This document shows positions 49,331 through 61,779 of a stretch of DNA of 64,000 nt, one piece after another. How positions within the stretch are numbered: position 1 is the first letter of the stretch; the number at the start of each line of letters is the position of its first letter. The notes under the pieces are model-generated. The model ran no database searches and had not been told where the DNA came from. It worked only from the letters and a program-made list of their open reading frames with translations. A program made the position numbers and the translations under genes. Source of the stretch: Octopus bimaculoides (Eukaryota); NCBI RefSeq assembly GCF_001194135.2, contig NC_068993.1, positions 28,923,216-28,987,215 of the forward strand. Direction: 5' to 3'.

Positions 49331-50224
49331 AGTTTGAACAAAAGAACAAAATTGTATGCATACCTTGTATGCACAGAACAAAGTAAGTACCAGCTTCCTT
49401 CAATTTTATCCTGGTTCAGGAAATAAAAACATTAGATTCAAAATGTTTAAACACACACACATACATTGTTTTTAGAATATTGCTTAAACAGCAAAGTGAT
49501 GTCATGAAGATAATTCTGAGAGTGACTTTCCTTGTATAAGGATTAAAACATTTGAAGTATTCTTATGAGGGCTAGAAATGAAATGAAATGAAAAATGTGA
49601 GCTTGAGATAAGTGTTTTTGCACATGTAGGACAATTTAAAAAAAAAAAGATAAGCATTTTCCCTATAACTTTCATATAACATTTCAGAACATATTTAAAC
49701 AACAGATAATTGAAAAATAACAAACTCAGATTATCAGCTGAATGATTGGAAACATACACATCAGAGTACTGGAATTATGCACCCTTCTGTTATAATATAT
49801 CAAAGAATATTCTATATTTACATATTGAGTTCTATAATTTATTACTTCTCAGTGAATCAAAAGAAATTCACATAGTCATCTTCCACACACACAAGCATGC
49901 ACATATTCATATTCATGAAACATAACCTAATGAACATATTTAAAACTCTCAGACATGCACTTTTTAACCATTCATTAGTGGTAATGAAAACCAATTGGTG
50001 AAAGTTGTACCAAGAACAGTTATCTCAATAATAATAACTATTTCAACTAGTACTTATTTTATTGACTCTGAAAGGATGAAAGGCAAAGTCAATCTTGGTG
50101 GAATTTGAATATCTCAATAATAATAATAACAGTATATTGTTGCTACTTGTATCTTCTTCTGACTGTTTAATTAAATAATTTATAAATAAATTCATAAATA
50201 GCATATTCATTGCACATATTTGAT

Positions 50225-51230
50225 CCCCTTTTGTATAACCAGTTGCCCCATTCCTTGGACCCACTTTCTTTTAACAGCCACCCTTGCTTTAACTATCATT
50301 CCTTTCCATTTTATCCTCCATCAATCACCCTTTTCTGTCCCACTAGTTATCTCTCCCTAAGCTACATCTTTTAACTGCCATATATCTTTAACACCCTCTC
50401 TAATCTGCTACTGACAGATTCCATGCCCACCCCACCAGTATTTGTCTTCCACTCACTATATCTCCTCTATGTAACTTTGCTCCCTATCTCTGTCATTGTA
50501 TGTCTTCCTGCACATTATCTCCCTATTTCTCATCTATCTACAGGTTTATTACACCCTATCTGTACTACCACTTACCACCTATTCTTTTCTGGGTCACTCC
50601 TATTCCCCACCACCATGCACACTGATAATTACCATCCACCACACAACTACCTTTGTTCGACATTTATTACATTTACCTTTATCCCAATCTTTAACCATCT
50701 GTCACTCTCCTGTCACTCTCACAAACTTAGCCACCACCCTTCCTGATCCTTTGTTCACATTTTCTCTCATACTAACCTTCTTGTGCTTTGAGAATATTCC
50801 AGATTCCTCATCATCATCATTTTTATCCCTCTTTCTAGCTACTTCCATCTACCCTAATATAATGTGGGGTAGCCATGCTATCTCCTCTGTAGCAAGACAC
50901 CAGTTTCTGTTTTCTTGTCATACAGTAGCTTCTCAACACCTTCTATAAAGTCACCTCCCATTCTACTGCATTCCCATTCAGGGGTGGGGGTCTTCTTTCT
51001 TGTCTTGCAAGATTCTTCATGACCTTACAAGTGCTAATTCTATGAAAAAGTACCTAGTACACTTTGGTTTGTCTACAAGGTGATTAGCATTAAAAAGGAT
51101 ATCCAACCTTAGAAAGAATGCCAAAGCAGACATTGGAGCTCAATGAGCCTCTTGGTTTGTTGGATCCTGCTGAACTGTTGAACCCATGCAAGCATCAAAG
51201 ATAGCCATTAAATGATGATGATGATGATAA
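50225..51230 (+). mobile_element. 5'-truncated RTE copy consisting only of the long pyrimidine-rich 3'UTR and tail
   Basis: GGGTAGCCATG..ATCTCCTCTGTAGCAAGA and CCTTGGACCCACTTTCTTTT match the reverse complement of 1560-2150. It ends in AACCCATGCAAGCAT..ATTAAATGATGATG. Confidence 0.75.
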
Positions 51231-52082
51231 TGGAAATCCATACCATCCTTAATCTGAGTTCAAATTCCACTCAGGCATTCCATTACATTTGACTATTTTT
51301 TCTGGGATTGTATTGATAAAATAAATATCAGTAATATACTTGGGTTAATTCTTAGATAACCTTCTCCTAAAAATGCTGCCCCTGTACCCAGTCTATCGAG
51401 ACTAGTATCATCATCATCACCATTATTATTGGTAGTGGTGGTGGTGGTGGTAGTGTTAATAGTAATTCAAGTCTCTACCATATCTCTTGATGCATTTTAA
51501 TTGCTGTTGTCATTTAGCTCGAAGTTAACCCAGATGAAAAACACCTATGATTAAAGACATTCCAGTTATAACCATTTTGTCTTATTTCCTATATGCAGGA
51601 AGCTCAAGGTCACACTATTCAATGTCTCTTTTTCTATGGTAGTGGATTGTAATTTGAAGGAGATATGACTGCTATTTCTAGCGTATAGAACGTCCACATA
51701 GAGGTTTCTTTATTTTTTCCCCTTTTAAAGATCTAAGAAAAATTAAGAGTACATCTATGTTCCCTAATGTAAGTCTTTTAGGAGTGTAGGATTGACTTTG
51801 CACTACACCAGTTTTTGTCATCCATTTGTTGTATAGAATATGTGTAATGTGAATCGTGTTATTTTTTGTGAAGTGGAGATTGTGTTTAATGAGTACAATG
51901 TGAATTGTGTTACATTTTGTGGCTGGCTGATGATTTTGCTGTGTGGAATGTATTATTCTTATTAGGTGGCACATGTATAGAATATGAGTTGTTGGTGAAG
52001 TGTAGGATGTTTTATACTATCAGATGTTGGAAGTATGCTGTTTGATTGGGTAGTGATGGTGTAGAATTATGTCTTTCTGTTG

Positions 52083-52462
52083 TTGGCACTCCGTCGCTTA
52101 CGACGTCGAGGATTCCAGTTGATCCGATCAACGGAACAGCCTGCTCGTGAAATTAACGTGCAAGTGGCTGAGCAATCCACAGACACGTGTACCCTTAACG
52201 TAGTTCTCAGAGATATTCAGGGTGACACAGTGTGACAAGGCTAACCCTTTGAATTACAGGCACAACAGAAACAAGAAGTAAGAGTGAGAGAAAGTTGTGG
52301 TGAAAGAGTACAGCAGGGTTCACCACCATCCCCCGCCGGAGCCTCGTGGAGCTTTAGGTGTTTTCGCTCAATAAACACTCACAGCGCCCGGTCTGGGAAT
52401 CGAAACCGCGATCCTATGACCGCGAGTCCGCTGCCCTAACCACTGGGCCATTGCACCTCCAC
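52083..52462 (-). mobile_element. Full-length young tRNA-derived SINE (third family)
   Basis: Minus strand GGAGGTGCAATGGCCCAGTGGTTAGGGCAGCGGACTCGCGG..GGTTTCGATTCCC (A and B boxes), followed by about 300 bp of non-tRNA body rich in CpG. Confidence 0.85.
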
Positions 52463-52509
52463 TTGTCTTTCTGTATGTAGGTGATATGTAGCAGTTATTA
52501 TTATTATTA

Positions 52510-52925
52510 TTCTGCAGCAAGCTAGCAGAATCGTTAGCACGCCAGGCAAAATGCTTAACAGTATTTTGTCAGGATTCGTGTTCTGAGTTCAAATTCCGCC
52601 AAGGTTGACTTGGCCTTTCATCCTTTCAGGGTCAATACAATGAGTACCAGTGAAACACTGGGATCAATGTAATTGACTAATCCCCTCCCCCAAATTTCAG
52701 GTCTTGTGCCTTCAACAGAAATTATTATTATTATTATTGTTAAGGTAGCAAACTGGGAGAACTGTTAGTATACCAAGCAAAATGCTTGGCAGTATTTCCA
52801 ATTCTGTGATGATCAACTTTGCCTTTTAGGTTAGTAAAATAAATACTAGTCAAGTACTGGAGGGTGATGTAATCAACTTTCCCCTCCTCTTAAAAACTGC
52901 TATCGCAATGTCAAAATTTGAAACC
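52510..52925 (+). mobile_element. Two tandem Meta-like SINE copies (family of 7428)
   Basis: GAGTTCAAATTCCGCC..GCCTTTCATCCTTTCAGGGTCAATA..GAGTACCAGT. Confidence 0.75.
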
Positions 52926-53647
52926 ATTATTATTGTTACTGTTGTTGCTGTTGCTGAAACAATAGAGTTGCGAATTATATAGCAGAAATAGTTGAATTGT
53001 TTTAAGATCTTTCACTTTTGTTCATTTACCTACATCCTCTGAGTTCAAATCCCACTTCTAAGATCATCTTTTCTTTTCAATCCTTTGACTTTGATAAAAC
53101 AAATACCAATCATGTAGTTGTGGGCAGTTGAATTGATTATACACCTTTACCAGGAAGTTCATACATAGTGACTTGATCTACCAGAAATAGCAACCAAATC
53201 TCCCACAAACCACACCCTACTATAGTGTAAAAGTAAAGAACACTTTGGGTAATATAGTTTTAAATACTATTAAAAAGACAGGATGGTCATGGCTGGAATG
53301 GTCATACTCAATTAGAATGGAATAAGCAATATATAACAACACGCAAAAAATATTTAAAACTAAAACAAACAAACCCACAAAATTGATCTTTTATGAGTGC
53401 AGACCCCCATTCCACTCACCATCACAATCACCCAAAACCACTACTACTGGGAAGCAATCTATGTAAATGTGAAGAATTTGAACTGCTTACCCCAACCGTT
53501 GATGACCGTTTTCTAAACATAATGCCATTTAAAAGAATTTATACCAATTTTTGACCATCACAACAACTTGGTATCCAATTCCTCATTGAAACCATATAAA
53601 ACTACTGCTCTTTGTAGCAATGTAGTTTTTCCCACTGCACCCCGCCC

Positions 53648-53680
<33 letters not shown>

Positions 53681-55549
53681 CATCTTTCTCTCTCTTGCTC
53701 TTACTATTTCCAAATGTGTGTGATGCGTGTGAGTTTAAAATCTGTGATTAAAGAGAGATGGTAGAAAGAGTGAGGGGGAAGAGAGAGAAAGAAACTGTGT
53801 GTGTGTGAATGTGAGCATGTATGTGTGTATGTATTTTATATGACTTCAGTGTTCATGTATTTGCAACTCCCTATCAAAATTCGCAATATATTTTACAGTA
53901 TAGATATATCTATAACTGTAAATATGTGCAGGAGTATTTGCATTTGTGCATGTATATGTCTGTATATGCATATAGATATTTTTGGTGTAATGTATACATA
54001 TCAACATGTGTATATGTACACACACACACATGTGTGAGTGCATATATANNNNNNNNNNTATGTATATATATATATCATCATCATCATTTAACATCCATTT
54101 TCCATGCTACACACACAAATAAATCTGTGTATATTTACTTCAATGTGTGTGTGTGTGTGTGTGTTTATATGAATATTTAAGGTTATATGTATATATGTGT
54201 GTAAAGAAGTATCTACAGAAACAAACAAGTGATTATGGCATGAGGAGGAGAGTCTAGATGAGGAAAGGAGAGAGTGTGTGTGTGTAAACATGTGCATGTG
54301 TGAGTTCATGTAAGCATGTTTGCATATGTTTATGTGTGCACATGATTGGGCATGTGTGTATGTGTGTTTGTATTTGTATGTGTGAGACTGTGTATAACCA
54401 TGTTTGTACATGCATCCACTTATGTGTATTCATGCATCTTAGTATATATGATCACTTTTGTGTGTGAACATATATGTATATAGTTTTAATGAGTGTGTGT
54501 GTGTGTGTGTGTGTGTGAGGTTTAAGCTGAAATGAGAGAGAAACAAGAAGAGGAGGTTAATGTAGTGCATGTGAGTCAAGGAGAGGGGGAGAGGAAATTG
54601 TGGTGAGAGGTGAAAATGTTCTGATATGGGAAAATGGTAGGGGAAGGTGATGGACCCATAAAAGCTGTGGTCTGCTTTCTAAAGATAACACTAACAAGAA
54701 CACCATCCTGCATGACCCTCCTCTGGAAGGGGAGGAGGAGNNNNNNNNNNGGGGAGGAATTTAAAATTGTAAAATTGCATGCATAGCTGAGCTGTATGTT
54801 TAAGTAGTTCACATAGTTCTGGATTTGAGCCTACAGCATGGCACCTTGAACAAGTGTCTTCAACTACAGTTTTGTGATAACCCAGCATTTCTCTAACTTT
54901 TAACAATGACCCCTTGCTATAATTCAACAGTATTAGGTATGTTGCCAAAATTGCTACCAGCAGATTGATCACCAATAAAAGATTTCTTGCACTTAAGTAA
55001 TTACATAATATAATATGGAATGGGAAAACAACATTTTGACCATAAATATTACCAGAGAATTGCAGCTACCATTTTACTGTGGGCAAATAAGTGAATCATT
55101 TACTCTTCTCCATGCAACAATGCAAACAACTGAAGGCAAATGGACTTGAGGATTAGCCAAACTGCTTTTTGTATATGTTATGAGTTATGTATGAAATATA
55201 TGTAAACTTTACCTTTTTCATTTTTTACATCCTTTGATTTTTATTCACATATTTGGCAATTTTCATTGCTAAACCATGAACAACATCATGGCTATCAATT
55301 TATTAAAATTTCCATTAATTTTGATATGGGATGAAGTGTAAAACATACACCAGTTATTAAACTTCCTTTATCGCAGTATTATCCAGTTTTTGTCATCTAT
55401 ACAAGCTGTTACACACTTGATGGATTGCACTACGCTATAACTTATATATATACATGCTTTAGAGTTACCACCAAAATTCACTACATATAGAAAGGTCAGA
55501 AAAATTGATTGTTTATCTGAGATTGAAAAAAAACGTTCTTAAAATTAAG

Positions 55550-57955
55550 ATGGAGGTTAGGACAATACAAAACAACAACAATACAAATATGGATCCATGT
55601 ACAAACAACAACAATAGTGGCAATAACAATAACAACAATGATAACCACAACATTCCCTATTCAAACAACTATAACAACAACAACACAAACATACAAAACC
55701 AAAACAACAATGATAACGATGATAATAGCAACAACAACAGCACCCCACATGCAGACAACAATACCAACCACATCATACATATTACTACCAACAACACCAC
55801 CCACATCAACACCAACACCATCACCCACAACAACAACGACAATAGACACAACACAAACACTACCACCACCACCACCACCACCACCACTAGGAACAACAAT
55901 ACCAGCAACAACCACAATGATAATAACACCCTACACTCTGTCTTCTATAACCCTAACAACAAATCATACGACATGACGAGGATCTACCGCACAGACTTAC
56001 CCTTCAACAAAAGGGTATGTATCCCACCCCAAATTGACAGTGAGACAGAAGCAAAGATTTCCTTAGCTAGAAATAGACTCTGACAAATCTGGTTCAACAA
56101 AACCACTAAAAAACATAATGAAGAGGAGACCCACCAGCTCAGTTCATCTGTTGCCAAAGGCCTACTAAAACTGAAACAACAAATTAGGAACAGAGAATTA
56201 GTGTGCCTTCCTACAGACAAGTCTGGCAGACTGTCAATAGACAGTCCACAGAACTATGTCCAGACCAGTAGCATGAGAGAAGTTGCACAACAGGAACATG
56301 AAAGAGTGGAAAAACTCCTCAATGCACACATGGGAATGTGGTGCAACATACTCCAACCCAAGAAACGGACTGCACATAATTCCAAGCATTCAACAATGAT
56401 GTTCCTACACTATATGGGTTACGTAAAGACCATAAACCCTGTTATGGGGCTCCTAACCCGACCAGTATGAGGAGTGAACACTTCCAGCAATTATAGACTA
56501 TCCTACTTCCTCTCACAGGTATTACTACCACTCACTGAAATGTCCCCAGATGTCTGTGTGAGCACAGAGGATCTCCTCAGTAGAATCAGTAGTTGCAACC
56601 ACCCCAACAACCTCACAGGTTGTGTAGTGGGTAGCATAGATGTAATTTCACTGTACTCATTTATAGACACAGATTTTGCCGTGAAAAAAATGCATTGAGA
56701 TTATCTGTGAGAGTGAAGTAGAATTCCGTGAAGTCAATGTGAAGGAACTGGGACTCCTCCTAAGCTATGACAGTAACTATCTAGACAATCATGACCTTAG
56801 TAGATACTGCCCCACCCGGTCACAGAGGGGAAGACCACCCACCATCACCTCAGCAGTGAAGAAAAGCACTGGGGTGGCTGGACCATATCCACCCAGGACT
56901 CCGAGAACAACAATCAGGTGAAAAGAATGATTGCACATGCAATAGGGGCTAGCATAAGAACCACCTCAAAGAATCACATAGTGAAGTTTAACAGGAAGCT
57001 ATACATGCAGGCTCAAGGTGCAGCCATTTGTATCAGTGTAGCTGGAGATGTGGCCAGCCTCTTCATGATCTGGTGGGACAGAAGACTCAAACAGTCCTTA
57101 GCAGAACAGTCCACAACTCTTTTTATTTACTGTAGTTATGTAGACAACATTAATATTCTAGTTAAGACCAACTCTAGTAACGGTAATGCAGAAACCAAGA
57201 GGAACATAATGGAGAGCATCCAGTATGTAGCTAACTCCATCCACCAAAGTATCAAGGTAAGTATAGATTACCCCACTAGGCACCCTAACAATAGGCTCCC
57301 CATCCTTGATATTGGACTTTGGTTAGAGATGGTGAACAACAGAATGCAGTTCCTCCACTCCTATTACATGAAACCCATAGCCTCGAAATACATTGTTCAC
57401 AAGAACTCAGCTTTGTCACACAACATGAAAATCAACATACTGATAGCTGACTTAGGATAATGAACAACGTGTTCCCACTATGCAAACCCTATGAAACAAA
57501 GAAACATGTACAGAATTTCATGCACCACATGCAATTCTCTGGATATGATCAGAAAGATAGGGTTCAGGTATACAGGGTTGCTAGAAAGAAGTTAGATAAC
57601 ATCATATGTAATGAAACCAGTGGTACCTGCCCTAGATATAGAATTAAAGACTGGAATAGAATACAAAGGGTTTGTGACAATGCAAACAGGGTGAACACGT
57701 GGTACAAGACTGACAAATATCAAGGAGTGATGTTTGTAGAGGCCACAGCCATTGGAGAACTAGCCTGTAGATTTAGGAGAGCTCCGAAGGGGACCAAGCT
57801 CAAAATTAAGATTGTTAAAAAGCCAGGGAGATCCATCAGATCACAACAATGTAAGGAAGTACCTCTTTGAGAATACCACATGCACCAATGATAATTTCAT
57901 GGTATGTAGGATTAACCCTGGCATTAACTGCAGAACTAGAACTGCAGTCGACAGT
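55550..57955 (+). mobile_element. Penelope-like element of a second type (Nematis-like guess), with an Asn/Thr-rich N-terminus, truncated at the start of the endonuclease
   Basis: VCLPTDKSGRL, VVGSIDVISLY, YMQAQGAAI..VAGDVASLFMIWWD, YVDN (YVDD), LPILDI, YYMKP, FVEAT..GELA..KIKIVKKPGRS. Frameshifts and stops throughout. Confidence 0.85.
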
Positions 57956-57957
57956 CT

Positions 57958-58020
57958 GCCCCGACATCTGAAACTCTGAGTTTTATCATGGCTACCGAAT
58001 AATTGTCACATATTATTTAC

Positions 58021-58025
<5 letters not shown>
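57958..58025 (+). repeat. 3' half of the family-A hammerhead/pLTR, inverted relative to 58227-58294
   Basis: 67/68 identity to the reverse complement of 58227-58294; it ends in (TA)n. Confidence 0.9.
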
Positions 58026-58058
<33 letters not shown>

Positions 58059-58062
<4 letters not shown>

Positions 58063-58204
58063 TCATCATCATCGTCGTTTAACGTCTGCTTTCCATTCTA
58101 GCATGGGTTGGACGATTTGACTGAGGACTGGTGGACCAGGAGGCGACACCAGGCTCCAATCTGATTTGGCAGAGTTTCCACAGCTGGATGCCCTTCCTAA
58201 CGCC
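58059..58204 (-). mobile_element. RTE 3' tail between the two inverted pLTR ends
   Basis: CATCATCGTCGTTTAACGTCTGCTTTCC..GCTGGATGCCCTTCCTAACGCC. Confidence 0.85.
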
Positions 58205-58226
58205 AGTGTGTGTGTGTGTGTGTGTG

Positions 58227-60770
58227 TATCTGTAAATAATATGTGACAATTATTCGGTAGCCATGATAAAACTCCGAGTTTCAGATGTCGGGGCGGAAAC
58301 CCACGCCGCCATCTCTTCAGTTATCTAGCCATCGAAAAAATGCTATGAAAATGACCATTAACCAAAGGGAAATTACTGTGTGATTGACCGTTATTAAGAC
58401 AAAAGACTATTAGAATGACCGCTAAGTGAGGGGATGGAGTATAAATGTCCATAGTATTCGCGTAAGCACAACAGTCCATACATACACATGCGCACTCGTA
58501 CACCCATGTACATGCGCCTATATGTATATACTCATCCACCCTCACTTGAAACACACACATGCTCATCCACACATTCACCAAAAAATATATACATACCCGC
58601 ATACACGCTCGCACACCCTCACACGCACGCGCAACACGCTCGCACACATACACACGCACACAAAAAAGGTTCATACACACATTTATATATGCACATGCAC
58701 AAGGAAAAACAGGGTTAAAGACAAAATACAGAAAAAAGTGTAAAAAAGCAATAAGGGTAAAACACGTCTATATACACACATTCTCGCATGCACGCACACA
58801 CATCTATATATGCATGTACCCGCACACATGCACACATCTACAAGCGTGCACAAAAGGTTCCATGTACATGTCTATTTATGCACTGGAAAAATGCAGGGTG
58901 GAAGGTAGAATACAGAAAAAATATGTGTAAAAAATATATGAGCGATTAACCTATAAAACAATATCTCTATAAATATGTAAAAAAATATAAAACAAAAATT
59001 AGTAAAAAGTATAGAGAGATAAAAAAGCTTGTACACAGACACAATATCGAAAGCAAGTCCTATCTGTAATCTTGGTGGGACTAAAAATGTAACAAATACT
59101 TAGCCACATATGGACATGATCCAAAAAGTTCAGTTCTTGAATTTAGATATGTGGTGGGGTCTAAGCTGCCTTTCCAGATGAACTGTCTTTCCATGTCACA
59201 AAGAGTGCACTTTCCGCTGCTGTTGGTGTAGGGCTTACACTTGGCTAAGATCTTCCAATGGATGTTGTAACTGACACCTTTATCTTTTAAGGACCATATA
59301 TGACTGGATAATTTGGTCGTTTTCCTCTTATCCCAGTGCCTGAAACTCAAGGTGTGATTATTGAACCTGGCCTTGAAATTACCCTCTGTAAAGCTCACGT
59401 ATTTCTTCATCAAAACTGTGTCCTTAGTGGATATAGAGTCCACGGTGGCTTCATAAATGATGGTCTCGGACATGCAAGCTCCATTTAGCGGGCACAAATT
59501 TTTATCCCTGCATGAACAGCTGGTTTCATATTGTAGTTTTTGTGTGNNNNNNNNNNNNNNNNNNNNNNNNNNNNNNNNNNNNNNNNNNNNNNNNNNNNNN
59601 NNNNNNNNNNNNNNNNNNNNNNNNNNNNNNNNNNNNNNNNNNNNNNNNNNNNNNNNNNGTGTGCGATTATATTTTAAAAATTAGTAGTTGAGCTGAAACT
59701 GATTTTTAAGTTATGTCTATTGAAGAGCTTTCTGTAACTATGGTTGACTGGAAAATGTCTATCTATCAGTGCTAAGAAATACTTGCCTATATTAAAGGTC
59801 ACTTCGGGTGAGTAGGGGTGTGTGAACCAGATAGTTTTCCTATTTCTATGTTTTCTTTTCTTTATTACTGGACTGGTGGCAGGTGTATAGGTTATTTCCT
59901 CGCTAAAACCACTATCTTTTAGAGCCTTATTATATACTGGGGCAACGCAATTAAAGATGTCCCTATTGGAGGAGAGGCTAGAAATTCTTTTGCTAATGTT
60001 TTTAACTAAATTTTTAAACACTATGGGGGGATGGCAGGAACCCACATTAATATAACTAAATCTATCATTGGGCTTCCTATAAGGTTTATAAATATTCATA
60101 TCTAGATCTAAGGATACATCTAGGTAGTTGACAAACGTCAGGTTGGTATCTGTAGTTATACTAAGGCCGAAAGTTTTCATTAAATGGATAATGTCCTTCC
60201 TAAACCGATCTTGTGCTGCCCCATTGGTATTTGCGGTTAAAGCTAGGGCATCATCTTTGTAAATGGCGAACTATACATCAGGAAAGGTCTTGCCCAATGT
60301 ATCGAGTAGATATAGTCCAATAAGATCACATATGCCTGCTCCATCATATGACCCTATGCTCAAATCGAAAGCACCCTCTGTATCGGTAGTCTTGACCTAC
60401 TCTGCGTTCTCGCTGAAGAGTAAAATCTTTCTAGCATGGAAGATTATGTCCTTATCACGTGTACTGATTTCTATGAATTCGCTTGCAAAGTGAGGGCTTT
60501 ATCTAGCAGTTCTTTAGAGATAGAGGCATACAACTCGACAATACAGAATTGCATGAATCTCGCTTTATTCTTATTCTTAATGGCTTTAAACCAGTCAACA
60601 ACTTCTATTCTATTGGACCATTGTACTAACCTAGTGGCATTCCTGACTTTTGCATTGATTTTTCCTAAAATTTCTTTACTAATAATGCCAAGTTCTGATT
60701 TAGCAGGGTTAATAAGACTACATTTAGGATTATATAGGAAGTTATTTTTATGTTGTCTTACCTTTTCTAT

Positions 60771-60785
<15 letters not shown>
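58227..60785 (-). mobile_element. Penelope-like element (Hydra-clade-like): 5'-truncated RT, GIY-YIG to 59081, ~850-nt 3'UTR ending in a hammerhead and (CA)n
   Basis: CSLINPAKSELG, ELYASISKELL, YKDDALA, YLDVSLDL..YKPYRKPN, CPLNGAC..IIYEATV..FKARFNNHTLSF..T.LSSHIW.LK..CTLC..LNSRTELF. Confidence 0.9.
58265..58325 (-). ncRNA. Type I hammerhead ribozyme, family A copy 1
   Basis: GAUAA CUGAAGA GAUG-GCGGCGUGG GUUU CCGCCCCGA-CAUC U GAA ACUC-G-GAGU U^ UUAUC: 5-bp helix I, long helix II, palindromic helix III. Confidence 0.8.
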
Positions 60786-60839
<54 letters not shown>

Positions 60840-60903
60840 AAGGCACACACACACTGTAAAACTGGATGTTGCAAACTTTCAGACACTAGCTGTTACATTA
60901 GAC

Positions 60904-61084
60904 CAGGGTTCCCCAAACTTTTTAGACCATTGACCTTTTCATGAAATCCTTGACCCCTCATCAACTCTCAGGTATGTACAAGAAAATAAATAAATAATAA
61001 TAGTAAGTACATGTGCATTTATCAACCCCTTGAATAGTCCCATCGACTTCCAGGAGTCAATATCAACCACATTGGAGACCCCTG
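60904..61084. mobile_element. hAT-family MITE, 181 bp
   Basis: TIRs CAGGGTTCCCCAA / TTGGAGACCCCTG with a perfect 8-bp TSD CATTAGAC (60896-903 and 61085-92). Confidence 0.92.
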
Positions 61085-61779
61085 CATTAGACAAACTGGT
61101 ACAACACTCTCATGTAAGCTCACCATGCACCAGCAACATGGAGTTATTGCACATTATACCACACACCACAAAATGAAATTAGGTAGGAAGATGGTAGAGG
61201 AAAATGCATAATTTATAAAATTCCATGCAAAAACACAAAATTAATTGAAAAATAAAAAACATACACATATCACAATACAATGCCAAAATTAGAAGGCAGA
61301 CACAAATATGACATAAACAAATAAAAAATAAAATTAAAACCTAAATGTCAAAATTTGGCTGCAACAAACAAAAATGCATGTGATTTTGATGCACAACACT
61401 AACAGTAAAAAAACCTTTAGAGGAAAAGTCTACACAAATTCAATCAGTGTATAAGAAACAACACAAGTGCCACATACATTCAATTCAATTCATGATGATG
61501 GCTACTGTGAAGGTCTAGAGATATTGTATATCAATTTAGGAACCCTATTATTCTAAACAAACAATGCAAAAGAAAATATGAAATATATAAAATAAAAAAG
61601 ATAAAACACTTAACATATCTGTGTATTTAGTGAAACATGTATAAAAGAAAAGCTGTTCTCATTTTAAGACTGGCTGTCCCTGGGAGCTACTATATGATTT
61701 TGTTCTCATGGTGGAATCTGTAACAGAACCAGAAAATGAATCCTAGGTATGGAAGTAAAACCTGGAATTGAAGGGCCTT

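Noticed and set aside
52380-52462. tRNA gene (also 14503-14570)
   Set aside because: It has A and B boxes but no complete cloverleaf, and it continues into a repeat body, so it is a SINE head.
55550-57955. Selenocysteine-recoding (Naiad-type) PLE explaining the in-frame stops
   Set aside because: The endonuclease appears C-terminal rather than N-terminal, and the disruptions include frameshifts and non-TGA stops, which fits ordinary decay.
58126-58150. CTGAGGA-CTGGT..ACCAG in RTE tails as a hammerhead
   Set aside because: The hairpin is present but GAAA and helix III are absent in all copies.
61505-61530. CTGTGAAGGTCTAGAGATATTGTA as a hammerhead relic
   Set aside because: It needs several indels to fit the consensus and cannot be supported from one copy.
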